The translations under genes were made by a program, and so were the position numbers. Below the pieces are notes generated by a model, which was not told where the DNA came from, did not search any database, and was given only the letters and a program-made list of their open reading frames with translations. 64,000 nucleotides of DNA from Octopus vulgaris (Eukaryota): assembly GCA_951406725.2 (NCBI GenBank), contig OX597827.1, positions 7,130,001 through 7,194,000 on the forward strand, read 5' to 3'. Every line of letters starts with the position of its first letter. The first letter of the stretch is position 1. Of the stretch, positions 25,125 to 38,657 are shown piece by piece.

Positions 25125-27409
25125 TGTGTGTGTGTGTGAGTGTGTGTGTGTGTGTGTGAGTGTGAGTGTGTGTGTGAGAGTGTGTGAGAGTGTGAGAGTG
25201 TGTGTGCTTGTGTGTGTGTGTGTGTGTGTGTGTGCGCGTGTGTGTGAGTGCGTGTGTGTATGTGTGTATGTGTGTGCGTGTGTGTTAAATACAGTAATGA
25301 TGGTGGAGTTTTGGGGGTTTAGAGTAGTGAGGCTATAGGGTGGGGGTTAGTGGGTGGGGTGGGCGGAAATACAGCCCCTGATGCCTTTAGCAGGCAATTA
25401 GATTTTTCAGTGAGAATGAGTCATCGTGTTTTGGTCCAGAACCATACACCTGCATTGTATGTCATCATCTCTATATCAAGAGTCGAACAGTTTAGGCTGA
25501 AGACAAAATATCATAGTAACATAAACGAAATAATAATAAAAAAAAAAAAGGAAGAAGAATTATATTAAATAAATAAATAATTCCTATTAATGGCTACAGA
25601 TTTTTACTCATATTATATTGTTCTTATAATGAATAAATGAAAAATATTTAAGGAATATTCTTGAAAACTAAAACGAAATAATATTAATTAATAAAAAAAA
25701 ACAATTGTCTTGAAATAAAAGAATATATTTTGGTTCTTTTAAAATTGATCCAAATGTCAGGATTCATTTTTGATTGTCTCGTCAGGAAGTTAATTTGCAT
25801 TGTATTTGTATTCATGTATTTCTTTATTTTCTTTTTTTTCTTTGTCGTAAATTAAAATGTTTGTCTGAAATCCCAGTATGACCATAACAGTATTGTTCCA
25901 ATTAGCTTAAATAGGTTATAATAATTAAAGCTATCCCAGCATAACAAAATGGAAAAAAATATTTATTCAGGTCCTGCTGAAGAACATTTATTTGAAAAGT
26001 TGGGTATTTTATTCATTTTTTTATTTTTTGTATACTTGAATATAATATGAATAAAAACTTAAAATTCAATAAAAGATTATATTTACATATTTTTTTTTCT
26101 TTTAAGTGTCCTATTCTTCATATATTTTCACCATCTTATTACAAAATATTGGAGAGAAAAAGAGGAATTCTGCAATTAGTGTTAAAACAAAATATCTAAT
26201 GTGTCTACTGTTAGTATAAATATAAGTTTGGTAGAATATTTCCTGTTTCATTCTGGGTATTTATCTAAAGACAGCTGACCAAAGTAGAATCTCAACAGCA
26301 TGAACTAATTAACCATGCTTATTGCTGCTCTAATATCCAAGTTTTAATCAAGTGAAATGGTTTCTAAGCAATCCAATATTTAAGCTGATTATTTAGAATT
26401 TTTTAAGTTTGAAGAATTATGTCTCAAAAGGATTTTTTAATCTTTGGTTTATAATTCTGTCTCATTATGCTAATGATATTAATTATAAAATAAATATTGG
26501 TCCATATTTGTTTTATACCAGTATCTATATGCTATATAGAAAACATACCCTTCCCCGAGAAAGGCTTGTTTAGCTTAATGTTTAAATACAAAGTCCCAAA
26601 AGATTCCTGATAAAACCACAAACTGGAGTCTATGTTTATTTATTTATGGTTTGTTTGCAGTTCTTATCTAGTCTTATACACAAGGGAAAACTCCCCAAAA
26701 GATTCAAATTTAATTGAAATAAAATACATATAAATACATAGCAAGATGAGTCGGTGTTAAACATTTGCTCAGCATTGATCAAAGGATCTTATAATCAAAT
26801 CCATTCTTGCCGTGACCATCATGTCTTTTATTTCAGTTTATCTAGAACTATGTGTCCTCTTGTGGTAGGGGTGTGATCTGCAGAAAATTTATCTGCTATT
26901 TCTAGCAGTTTGAGCGACTACATAGAGAGTCTCTTGAAAAGTTGATAGTGGTATAACATTGGAGAGAAAAGATGGTTAAACTGATTTGGTAGCCAGACAA
27001 CGAACTTGTTGAGAAGCCTGCATTTATATTCTATTACCAGCTTTGCATCTGCTTGTCCATGACTAAGGCACTTAACCCACTAAGACTGAGTCCGTAAGTC
27101 TTTATGTAAGTATGATGGTCAATATAACAGACCAGTCTAGATAATAGCAACGTTGTGGAATTGAAGAGGGACGTACTGGTTTATAGTGTTATCTACAGTT
27201 ACTCCTGTGGGTAAAGTTGTCTATGACAGACCAACATCATAATAAAGGGGAAAGTTATCCCTCCTCCAAACACTAGCAAAATAAAGTAAACACTAGCCTT
27301 TTGATTCAGTAAAGCATGACGACACATTGAGAGGTGTACTTAGTAGATGCATAAGGGATATTTGTTCTGTTACGTAATGGCTCATACTATGTTACCCGAT
27401 TGTACTATA

Positions 27410-27623
27410 CTCTTTACTCTCTCTTTTACTTGTTTCAGTCATTTGACTGCGGCCATGCTGGAGCATCGCCTTTAGTCGAGCAAATCGACCCCCGGGACTT
27501 ATTCTTTGTAAGCCCAGTACTTATTCTATCGGTCTCTTTTTGCCGAACCGCTAAGTGACGGGGACGTAAGCACACCAGCATCGGTTGTCAAGCAATGCTA
27601 GGGGGACAAACACAGACACACAA

Positions 27624-27668
<45 letters not shown>

Positions 27669-27938
27669 CATATATACGACAGGCTTCTTTCAGTTTCCGT
27701 CTACCAAATCCACTCACAAGGCATTGGTCGGCCCGGGGCTATAGCAGAAGACACTTGCCCAAGATGTCACGCAGTGGGACTGAACCCGGAACCATGTGGT
27801 TGGTTAGCAAGCTACTTACCACACAGCCACTCCTGCGCCTATTGGCCACTCCTGCACCTATTGGCCACTCCTGCACCTATTGGCCACTCCTGCACCTATT
27901 GGCCACTCCTGCGCCTATTGGCCACTCCTGCGCCTATA
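27410..27938 (-). mobile_element. SINE family A with its 5' tip amplified as a 19-bp tandem repeat x6
   Basis: SINE at 27410-27843. Unit GCCACTCCTGCRCCTATTG starts at 27826, 27845, 27864, 27883, 27902 and 27921. Confidence 0.9.
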
Positions 27939-29686
27939 ATAATATATCCTGTCCAAACTGACTTTATCCTCACTGGCTTAATTCACAGAACAGCAACAAC
28001 AACACTATGAAGAAGTACTTCTTTAAAACACTTTTCATTTCGACCTGCCTGAGTTTGCCAAAAGTTCTATGACACAAAATTGTTCATTTACCAGTGTTTA
28101 TATTTAAATAAAAATATTTCTTTACAATTTTATATTAGTTATGGTTTAAACACCAGCTTAAATAATAAAGGAATTAATAATTTCTACTTAAGCATTTCAA
28201 ATTTTTGATTACTGAAACACATGCACATGAGAACTATGGTTATGTAAGAATTGAATCTACAAACTTCTGGGAGTGCAGTCAGTATAATTGCCAAGTTTAG
28301 TCCATAAGGGACTGCTTTGAATAAAACAGTAGCACCATGATACAGCTGCTATCACTCTTGAGTAAGTGTAACTTGGTAAGGTGGACCATGCCGTTACTAA
28401 TTGTTGTGCTGGTGGCATGTAAAAAGCATCATCCGAATGTGGCTGATGCCAGTGTTGCCTTGACTGGCTTCTGTGCCAGTGGCACGTAAAAAGCACCAAC
28501 TGATCGTGACCGTTGCCAGCGCCGCCTTGACTGGCTACCGTGCCGGTGGCACGTAAAAAGCACCCACTACACTAACGGAGTGGTTGGCATTAGGAAGGGC
28601 ATCCAGCTGTAGAAACACTGCCAGATCAGAGTGGAGCCTGGTGCAGCCTTCTGGCTTCCCAGACCCCAGTCAAACCGTCCAACCCATGGTAGCATGGAAA
28701 ACGGACGTTAAACGATGATGATGTAGCTACAAGCAGACATAGCCGACATCTCATGTCTCCCTCATCTTTGACCTCAGCGGAACATTTAGGGTGTGATAGC
28801 TAGAGGGAGTGAGGACAGCACCAGTATCTGGCTTGCACTAATAACAGCTGCATAACCTGCAATAATGTGAAATGAAGCATCTTGCTCAAGGGGTGGAATT
28901 AAATCCACAATCTTGTTATCATGAGCTGAAACATCTTAATCACTAAGGGCACACACTCCTCTGATGGAAAGATATTGGAGTCCTTATCTTCATTACACTT
29001 ATCCCCAGTTAACGTTGTCAGAGAAATGAGCCCTGTGAGGTGGTGTGGCTGTTGCAATGAGTATCGCTGGCCATTCTCTATGGCAACACCATCACGGTCA
29101 TTACCGTGGGGCACAGCTGAGTGCACCATTTGTTCTGGGGTATATGGCCCATCGTTCCCTCCCCTCCTATCTTCAACCATGAACTAACACAGTTTTTATC
29201 ATACTAAGCCACAGCAGATGAATAATAATCTTTTTACTTGAAGAAGACTGCATTATCAGTATAAGAAATACAAAAAATGTATCATCAATATGTATTCTAA
29301 ATAATAGTTCTTGCATTAATTTTCTCTAATGAAGCACTTTGAGAATTTCAAGCAGTTTTTCTTGACTATTTTCAGCTTATATTGAAAAAAAAAAAAAATT
29401 ACATGTTTATTTATTTTAATACTTAGTTAATGAACACTAAACGAACCATATGCAAACGATAAAAAAGAAATCTCAGGATATAAAATTCAGGAAACCCCAG
29501 AACTGCTTTTTAAATATCCGTACAAAAATATTATTATTGTTATTGTTGTTGTTGTTGTTGTTGCTATTATTCCAGGGTTGATTATACAAAATTATCAGTC
29601 AAGTACTAGGATCAATATACTTGACAAACACCTCCCTCAAATTTTTAACTATGTGCCAATGTTAGAAATCATCATCCTCATTATTA

Positions 29687-30100
<414 letters not shown>

Positions 30101-30103
30101 AAT

Positions 30104-30138
<35 letters not shown>

Positions 30139-30329
30139 TGCTTTTGATTGTTATACTTAATTTTCAGCTCTTTTCATTATTTGTTTTATATTTTTCATGG
30201 CAGGGGGCTCCTTTAAATTTTGTCATTGTAAATGAAATTTTGGAGCAAAAAAAAGTATTTTTATAACTGGTTTCTCTTTATAAGCACCAAATATTTTGTA
30301 GTCATTCCAGTTTTCATATTGCTGTAGCT

Positions 30330-30363
<34 letters not shown>

Positions 30364-31373
30364 CAGTACCAGCAGCAGAAGCAGTAGCAGCAGCAGCAGC
30401 AGTAGCAACAGCAGCAGCAGCAGTCTTGATTGAGGAAGCATAAGTTCAAAATCATTACAGCCAGGACCTTCCCATCTCTCAAGAGTTATCTAGAAATATA
30501 TTATTTGATGTATTCTTTCTTTTTGCTTTCCAAAAATGCTAGGCAGTAGTTTGAGGAAACTTTATTGCATGACCACATAGACGTTCCTGGCTGCTATATT
30601 TAGCAGGTCTGGCAACCATGAATAGGGTGAGAAAAAAACAAAACCTTTCTGAGTCATAGACTCAAAGGGGCATTTTTCTGGTTTTTGTGGTGTATATATT
30701 ACCCTTGTACAAACTTGGCTTATCAGGGGATCTATAGCTACATCATGATACCCGCAAAGTATGTTGAGAAATATCAATTAAAAGTTTAGTTTTGATGACT
30801 GAATATATTAGCTTTTTGTGATGCTGATCCATCCATCAGTCCATTGCAGGATTATTCATTTTTGCCAGCTGAGTGGTGTACTGGAGCAATGTGAAATGAA
30901 GTGCTTGCTCAAGAACACAATTCATTGCCTGATCCAGGAATCAAGATCACAATACATTCATGAGTCCCATACCCCAACCACTAAGCCTGCATCGCCATGA
31001 ATAGACTACCTCGTTAGCTTGTTATTATTTAAGTGATTCAGATATATGATACTCAAGAAGACCTGTCATCCACAGCAGAAATGTTAAGGTCGCATCCCCT
31101 GGTGAAGAGCATTGTCCTGCAAGAGTCCTATGCTGGTACCACATAAAGTGCACTTGTGCTGGTGCCTCATAAAAACCACTCATGCTGATGCCATGTAAAA
31201 GCCAGTGGTATGTTTAAAAGCACTCAGCACACACTGTAAAGTGGCTGGCATCAGGAAGGGCATAAAGCCATAGAAACCAAGCCAAATCAGAACGGAACCT
31301 GGTGCAGCTGGCTAGCTTACCAGCTCTGGTCAAAATGTTCAACCTATTCCAGCATGGAAAATGGACATTAAAA

Positions 31374-31593
31374 CCCTTTCGTTACCAACCCGGCTGAAAC
31401 TGGCTCTGGCTCTGAGTACAAATGTCTTGTTTTCATAAGTTTTGAATTAAAATTTTCCACTAAACCTTAGTCACAACCTATGTTCCTAACACTAGCTGAA
31501 TGATAACTAAGTTATTTTACTAAATTCTTTGTTATATTTAAAATAATTGAAAGAAACACAGAGCATCTCAAAATAAATACAGTAACGAAAGGG
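31374..31593. mobile_element. piggyBac-type MITE family P2, copy 2 (opposite orientation)
   Basis: Same 12-bp TIRs, and the interior is the reverse complement of 18653-18873. Left TSD is imperfect. Confidence 0.85.
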
Positions 31594-32207
31594 TTAACCC
31601 ATATATGCCCATAAAAATAAAGAAGTCTTAAAATTCCACTGTATTTAGATTAAACATAATGGTAGGCTTTCACAATCTGGAAGAGAAGGACAACATGCAA
31701 CTGTTAGCTACGGGTGTTGACTGCCTACTGAGCATTGCTTCCCGGTGAGTTCATGTCCAAAGAAGTAGGAGCAGGTTTTTACGTTGCAAAAATATAACCA
31801 GGGGTATCTATGTCGATGAAGGATGGTAATGAGGATGATGATATTTTAATATGGAGAAATATTCATTTGTTTTTTTGTTTTTTTTAAATAGTCATTAGGC
31901 ACTAAAAGAATAAGGTGAAATCATGTCGTTTGCATTTTTTTAAAGAGCAGCATAAAAGGATAGAATTGGCACCAAACCAAGAAATGCTGACCACAATGTA
32001 CAAACTTGGTTTATCGAGGGATCTATAGCCACTTCATGATTCCCCCAAAGTATGTTGAGAAATATCAATTAAAAGTTTAGTTTTGATGACACTGAATATA
32101 TTAGCTTTTGTGATGATGATATAAAAATGGGTATTTGGATGTGTGTCTGTGTGTACATGTATACACACATTGATACATACTTACATATATACTTACATAT
32201 GTACATT

Positions 32208-32238
<31 letters not shown>

Positions 32239-32390
32239 GTTTATATGTTAGGGCTATATATACAAGTAATGCATATGAGTGATATATATATATTTAATGG
32301 TGATATACTTGATGACTGTAAGCACCTGTATATGCCAGCTAGTGGTGTAGGTGATAGGATATATTTATGTCTTTGGTGTGGTAATTGTAC

Positions 32391-32477
32391 GCGGCTGAAG
32401 AAGGCTGTTGACCTACATGTTATATCAATTATGCATTGATATAAATTGTTCAATAAAGCCAGAAACATACGTACCAC
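32391..32477 (+). ncRNA. Type I hammerhead ribozyme motif with a long extended stem II
   Basis: GCGG-CTGAAGA-A-GGCT...AGCC-A-GAAA-C(atac)G-TA-CCAC. Stem II is capped by a perfect TTATATCAAT/ATTGATATAA hairpin. Stem I has one mismatch. Confidence 0.6.
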
Positions 32478-33235
32478 AAAACCCTTTGCATCCTGTTTTT
32501 CTTTTAATGGTGATATATATATATATTATATATATATGTGTGTGTGTGTCATTATTTAGTTTTGTATGTTTGTATGTATATATGTATGTGTGTTTGAGAG
32601 TAATATATGCTTAGTGACGATATTAAAAGGGGTACTACATATGTGGTGGTAATACATGTAAGTGGCATATATTAAGTGAAGATGTAAAAAGGGGTACTAT
32701 ATATTTGGTGATTATATACATATAGATATAAGTGACATATGCTTAGTGGTGGAATATATTGATATATTATAAGAGCGATACGTATTTGGTGGTTATATAT
32801 AGATATACATAAGTGATATATATATATGTGTGTGATTTAGGTAACAGTTTAGTTGAATAATGGTCTAAAATATATTGGAGGCAACCACTGTAGTTAATAT
32901 TTGACTATTAAGATACAACTGACGGGTCTTTCGCTAAATGAACATAATGAATATAGAACCCCATTTTAGGGAACAGTAAATAGGCACCATAATTTTAAAA
33001 GGAAAAAAAATCCTTATCAAATGTTAATTAGTATGACTTATTGGCTATTGTTTATTGGATGAAGATTTACTAATGATTGGGCAGATATTGGAGGGATTTC
33101 AATGTAAATGAGTATAAAAATATTTCATTATATTAGAATTGTCAAATATAAAAAAAAAAAAAATTAAGAGAAATTTTATACTGAATCAAGAAATGTACTA
33201 TGAATATAAAGTGCTTGTGTGTGTGTATATGTGTG

Positions 33236-33269
<34 letters not shown>

Positions 33270-33343
33270 GGATATTTACATGCATGCGTATATGAGGAAA
33301 TAAAGGCGTAAATATTGAATAAAATATACCAGGTATACCAGGT

Positions 33344-33434
<91 letters not shown>

Positions 33435-33771
33435 TACACACACACATATATATGTATATGTATATTTGTACAGTATATTTTTGTATATAGGTTTTTTTCT
33501 TCGTGTGTTCAAATCTGTGTATTTATATATTAAGATTAAAATTCGAACTTCTGAGTCAAAGACAGAGACTCTCAATAGAGTTCAAATTCTATATTCAATA
33601 TACAAAAATAAAAAAAAATCACATGATTTGAGTGGATGTTTTGAAGCATCGAGCCTTTTATATACAAGGTGTTCATAAATTATTTTTACAACTTCCACAA
33701 TTTATCACTTAGATGTGTTGTATGCAACCAATAGAGCACCTGTGGAAGTGTTCTTATATTTTCAATAAAAT

Positions 33772-33777
33772 TTTATT
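33772..33777 (-). terminator. Candidate polyadenylation signal (AATAAA) for gene B
   Basis: TTTATT on the plus strand about 230 nt past the gene B stop. The context is AT-rich, so this is weak. Confidence 0.25.
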
Positions 33778-34003
33778 TGTTTGCCTATGCTTTCCAATAA
33801 ACTCTGCTGAGTTATCCTTATTTTTCATTTTTTACTGAATTTTTAAAATTGTAAAGATAATTTATGAACACCATGTATTATATTACCATAGGTAATTCTC
33901 TCATTCGATATAAAGGTTTGCAATACTGAAATGTGTCACATCCTGGTCGTAATGTATAAATTTAAATTTCTTAATGGAACTTTTATGTGTGCAGTGCCAT
34001 AAG

Positions 34004-34266
34004 TTACATCTTTGGTATTGCTGGCAGTGGTTTTGAATAGCAATTGAAACTGTTTTTCTTTGGTAAATTCCAAGGTTTTGATGCCAATGTAGGATCTGTT
34101 GGGTTAGCTCTGTTTGATTTCAGATCGATGATATCGGTAGGAAGCGGGTTTTTAGGTTTGTTCAGTGACTGATTGCATTCTGGTGAGGAAGTGTCATAGT
34201 CACTCTTCTTGTTGAAAGACTGTTGGGGATATTCAGGCAATTCCGGTTCTATCTCGTCCATTCTGG
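34004..34266 (-). CDS. Protocadherin gene B, terminal coding exon
   Basis: Acceptor ttttgttttcttttgtcatcag|CC at 34266 reads in phase 1, matching the donor at 62630. Gives (A)RMDEIEPELPEYPQQ...KPWNLPKKNSFNCYSKPLPAIPKM then TAA at 34006-34004. Unique, non-repetitive coding-like sequence. Confidence 0.75.
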
Positions 34267-34338
34267 CTGATGACAAAAGAAAACAAAAACACCAATGAGA
34301 AATATAAAAAGAAAACGGAAAAAAAAAAAATATTTACA

Positions 34339-35205
34339 TAGGTGCAGGAATGGCTGTGTGGTAAGAAGCTTGCTTCCCAACCACATGGTTCTGAGTTCAG
34401 TCCCATATCGTGGCATCATGGGCAAGTGTCTTCCACTACAGCCTTGGGCCAACCAAAGCCTTGTGAGTGGATGTGGTAGATGGAAACTGAAAGAAGCCTG
34501 TCATATATATATATACTCTTTTACTCTTTTACTTGTTTCATTCATTTGACTGTGGCCATGCTGGAGCACCGCCTTCAGTCGAGCAAATCGACCCCGGGAC
34601 TTATTCTTTGTAAGCCCAGTACTTATTCTATCAGTTTCTTTTGCCGAACCGCTAAGTGACGGGGACGTAAACAAACCAGCGTCGGTTGTCAAGTGATATT
34701 GGGGGGATAAACACAGACACACAAACACATACACACACACACATATATATATACATATATACGACAGGCTTCTTTCAGTTTCTGTCTACCAAATCCACTC
34801 ACAAGGCTTTGGTCGGCCCGAGGCTATAGCAGAAGACACTTGCCCAAGATGCCACACAGTGGGGCTGAACCCGGAACCATGTGGTTGGTTAGCAAGCTAC
34901 TTACCACACAGCCACTCCTGCGCCTATATATATATATATATATAATATATATATATGTATGTATGTATGTATATATATGCATGTATTTGTCCCCCCCACC
35001 TGTGTTTGTCCCCCCCCCAACCCTGACAACCGATGTTGAGGTGTTTAGATTCCCCCTTCACTTAGTGGTTCGGCAAAAAGAGACTGATAGAATAAGTACT
35101 AGGCTTACAAAGAATAAGTCCTGGGGTCAATTTGTTCGACGAAAGGTTGTGCTCCAGCATGGCCACAGTCAAATGACTGAAGCAAGTAAAAGAACAGAAT
35201 AATAA
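34339..35205. mobile_element. Nested antiparallel family A SINEs
   Basis: A plus-strand copy (head 34339-34502, tail ~35000-35205) is split at its microsatellite by a full minus-strand copy (34515-34926). Confidence 0.8.
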
Positions 35206-35264
35206 AAACGTGTGTATGTGTATGTGTGCTTGTGTGTGTGTGTGTGTGTGTGCATGCGTGTGCA

Positions 35265-35316
<52 letters not shown>

Positions 35317-35404
35317 GGTGTGCCTGATGTCAAATGACCATGAGAGGTCAGGTAGCAATGCTATGCAGTATGTCCAACTTTTCCAGTATGGGAGATTGGA
35401 CATA

Positions 35405-35425
35405 GGATGATAATGATAACAATAT

Positions 35426-35466
<41 letters not shown>

Positions 35467-35862
35467 ATGATGATGGTGTTGATGATGATGATGATGACGA
35501 CAACAACAATAATGCCAATAGAAATAATGGTCATAGTGGAGATGGTAGAGATGCTGCTGTTGCTGCTAATGATGGTTTTGGTGGTGGTGGTGGTGGTGGT
35601 TGCGGTGGTTGTGGTGGTGGTGGTTGTGGTAGTGGTTGTGATGATGATAATGATGACAATGACAAAAACGATTGTGGTGGTGGTGGTGGTGATGGTGGTG
35701 GTGGTGGTGATGCTACTACTGGTAAATTGCAAAAGTGGTGGAGGTAGCATTTGTAATGGTAATGATGACAACAATGATGATGATGATAATGTTGATGGCT
35801 GTGTTGGTGTTGATGTTGGTGTAGGAGGCCACAATGGTGATGATGATGATGATGATGACGAC

Positions 35863-35903
<41 letters not shown>

Positions 35904-35935
35904 CGACGATGACGACGATGACGACGACGATGATT

Positions 35936-35975
<40 letters not shown>

Positions 35976-36026
35976 CGACGACGATGATGATGATGATGAT
36001 GTTGATGATGATGATGATGATGATGA
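35405..36026. repeat. (GAT)n/(GGT)n trinucleotide low-complexity tract
   Basis: Direct inspection. Similar tracts at 40000-40560 and 62040-62590. Confidence 0.93.
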
Positions 36027-36741
36027 CAAAATTAAATAAAACAAATCAACATCAAACTGAAGATGAACACAAGAACAATTCTCTGAAAGAAAAAAACCCA
36101 AAACGTTCTAAAACAATTTAAGAAAAAAGACAAGTTTTTAACACTTGGAGTAGTTTTTAGGAATATTACATGCGACCCTGAAGTATAGATTCATCCTGAA
36201 AATGTAAAACAAATGACCTGACAAAGCTACTTGAAAGTCAATCCTCGCCCATCACATTGGAATCAAAATTAATGTGATCAAATGAGATGTATATAAATAT
36301 ATAAATAAATAAATAAATGTTACCATCAAATTGCAATCTTTAATTTGCAATAGATAAATGAATAAATACAACCAGATAAAAAAAAATAACTATAATGGTC
36401 TTTCTCTTTTATGAGAGGAATATATATCAGATAATTCCGTTCACTGAATTGTTTCGGTATCAAAGTGGATCACGTAACAATGACTTGAAGACAATGTCTC
36501 GTTCGTACGCAATAACACGAGGATTTTTCTCTCGTAACAATTGGAACGAATAAATTGGGTGTCCCGAAATATTTCCTCGATATACACCAAGTGGAAATGG
36601 TAAGGAGAAGCGATTTATTTGCATAAATATAACAGGAAAGAATAATATAAGTGATTCGTGGATAACTTAAATGCAAATTTAGGAACAGGATTTGTGCAGA
36701 TTACTTAAACAACAAATAAAACCTCCCTTAGTGTGTATGTA

Positions 36742-36777
<36 letters not shown>

Positions 36778-36874
36778 TGTATATATATATATACAGACAG
36801 AGACAAAGACAGATAGACTGAGGGATAAATGTATGTATACACACACACAAACACACACACACATACAAACACAC

Positions 36875-36913
<39 letters not shown>

Positions 36914-37833
36914 GGTAATATATATATATATAGATATATATATGCATATATACATATATATATGTATATACACATGCATATATGGTACAGGACGTCATAC
37001 AACATAAACAACATGAAATACGAAAACATGGAATATGAGCATTTTTGGGAACAACGAAAGGAACAAATGGAAAACAAGACAAGCAACATAAAGAACGATC
37101 CTTCATCAGTTGTCAGCTGTTTTTCTACTCTATATTTCGAGCAATTCATGACAAGATATGTCTTTGACAAAACAATTGTTCCTGCTAAGCAAATTAAATA
37201 AAATTTGGGATTTTGCAGAGGGTCAAAGTTGGTAACAAAAACAGGACAGTAAAACAAACAGAAAGTGAGGTGGTGTACGCTGGAGGAACAAGCTTTGACA
37301 GGAGACAGACAAGAATGCATCTGATCTCAGCCGCTGATCGGAAGGAAAGGAAAGAAAGAAAGTAAAGATAGGAAAAGAAAGATGGCCAATGGTCATGTGC
37401 AAGCAACGAGGGAGCAAAGGAGGAAGAGTGAGGGAGAGAGAAGGACAGACAGTGAATGGTGAAGGGGAGAGGAAAAGAATTAGAGAAAGGAAGAGAGAGG
37501 AAACGAAAGGGAAAGAGAAAGAGAAATAGGAATAAAGATAGTAACACAATAAGAGTCTCATCAAAATTATTAAGATAAAACATATATATATACACACACA
37601 CACATATGTATTCTTTTATTCTTTTATACTTTTCAGCTCAAAGGCTGTGGCCATACTAGAGCACCATGCAAGTCTTCATCTTTCAGTCACTTGAAATGTA
37701 AGAATGTAGAGAAAAATTCTAAGCAGTGATAGAGTAAATCATTAATTTCAATTGCATAAGCTCTACTCCATGTATTGAGAACTTCTGTTCCATATGTAAA
37801 TTCATATACATATATATATATATACAACACACA

Positions 37834-37918
<85 letters not shown>

Positions 37919-38320
37919 AGAGAAAGAGACAGATGAAAAAGATATATAGCATTAGATATCTTGAATGTAATTTTTCAAAGCTTTTAAGATATTAATAAAA
38001 GATTGAGGCATTATCATAGCAGAAACAAACAATTATAAACGTATTTGTCAGTGGGGAAATCACAGGCTATTTTGGAGACAAATCATTTTATAAATCATAT
38101 ACTGGATTCAATTATCTGACTCAGTAGCTCCAACCATGACATAACATCTCACTGAACATTAACTCTTTGCTTAGTTAAACTCAAATATATGACTGTGTCC
38201 ATATCGATAATTAGAAAGGTTTTATGATGAACGGCATACAATTCTGTATTCCAGACACATTTTCGCATTTTAGAAAAAACTTATGTATGTGTACAAAGAA
38301 GAACTATGAACCTGTTGTGA

Positions 38321-38657
38321 GACGACTGTTATTATCGTTAGGCCTAACTCATCGTAAGGTCAATACCACCATGAACGATATCCAAACTACAGTGGAGAAG
38401 GCTAGCCACTGGATTTGGTTAAAAAGAGACGATGAGTGATGGCTAGAAGAATATTGAGCTTTATTTGATAACCAGCTGATCTAGCAAGCGAGGCCTCATA
38501 TCAGTGAGGTGGGGGACCAGTGCGCATTGATGCCATCGAGAGGTAGGCCCCGAAATGGTGTGCATTCTCTCCTGATGACCCCCATACACTTGCTGGCTTC
38601 CAGTATGCGGAGTTTTTGACAGGTAGCACTTGCATGTGCAAGTTGTTTGCAAGACAT
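38321..38657 (+). mobile_element. 5'-truncated RLE-type non-LTR retrotransposon (Hero/NeSL-like) with a 27-bp TSD
   Basis: Translation RRLLLSLGLTHRKVNTTMNDIQTTVEKASHWIWLKRDDE resembles the Hero-type C-terminus. Direct repeat CAAAGAAGAACTATGAACCTGTTGTGA at 38294-38320 and 38658-38684. Confidence 0.75.
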
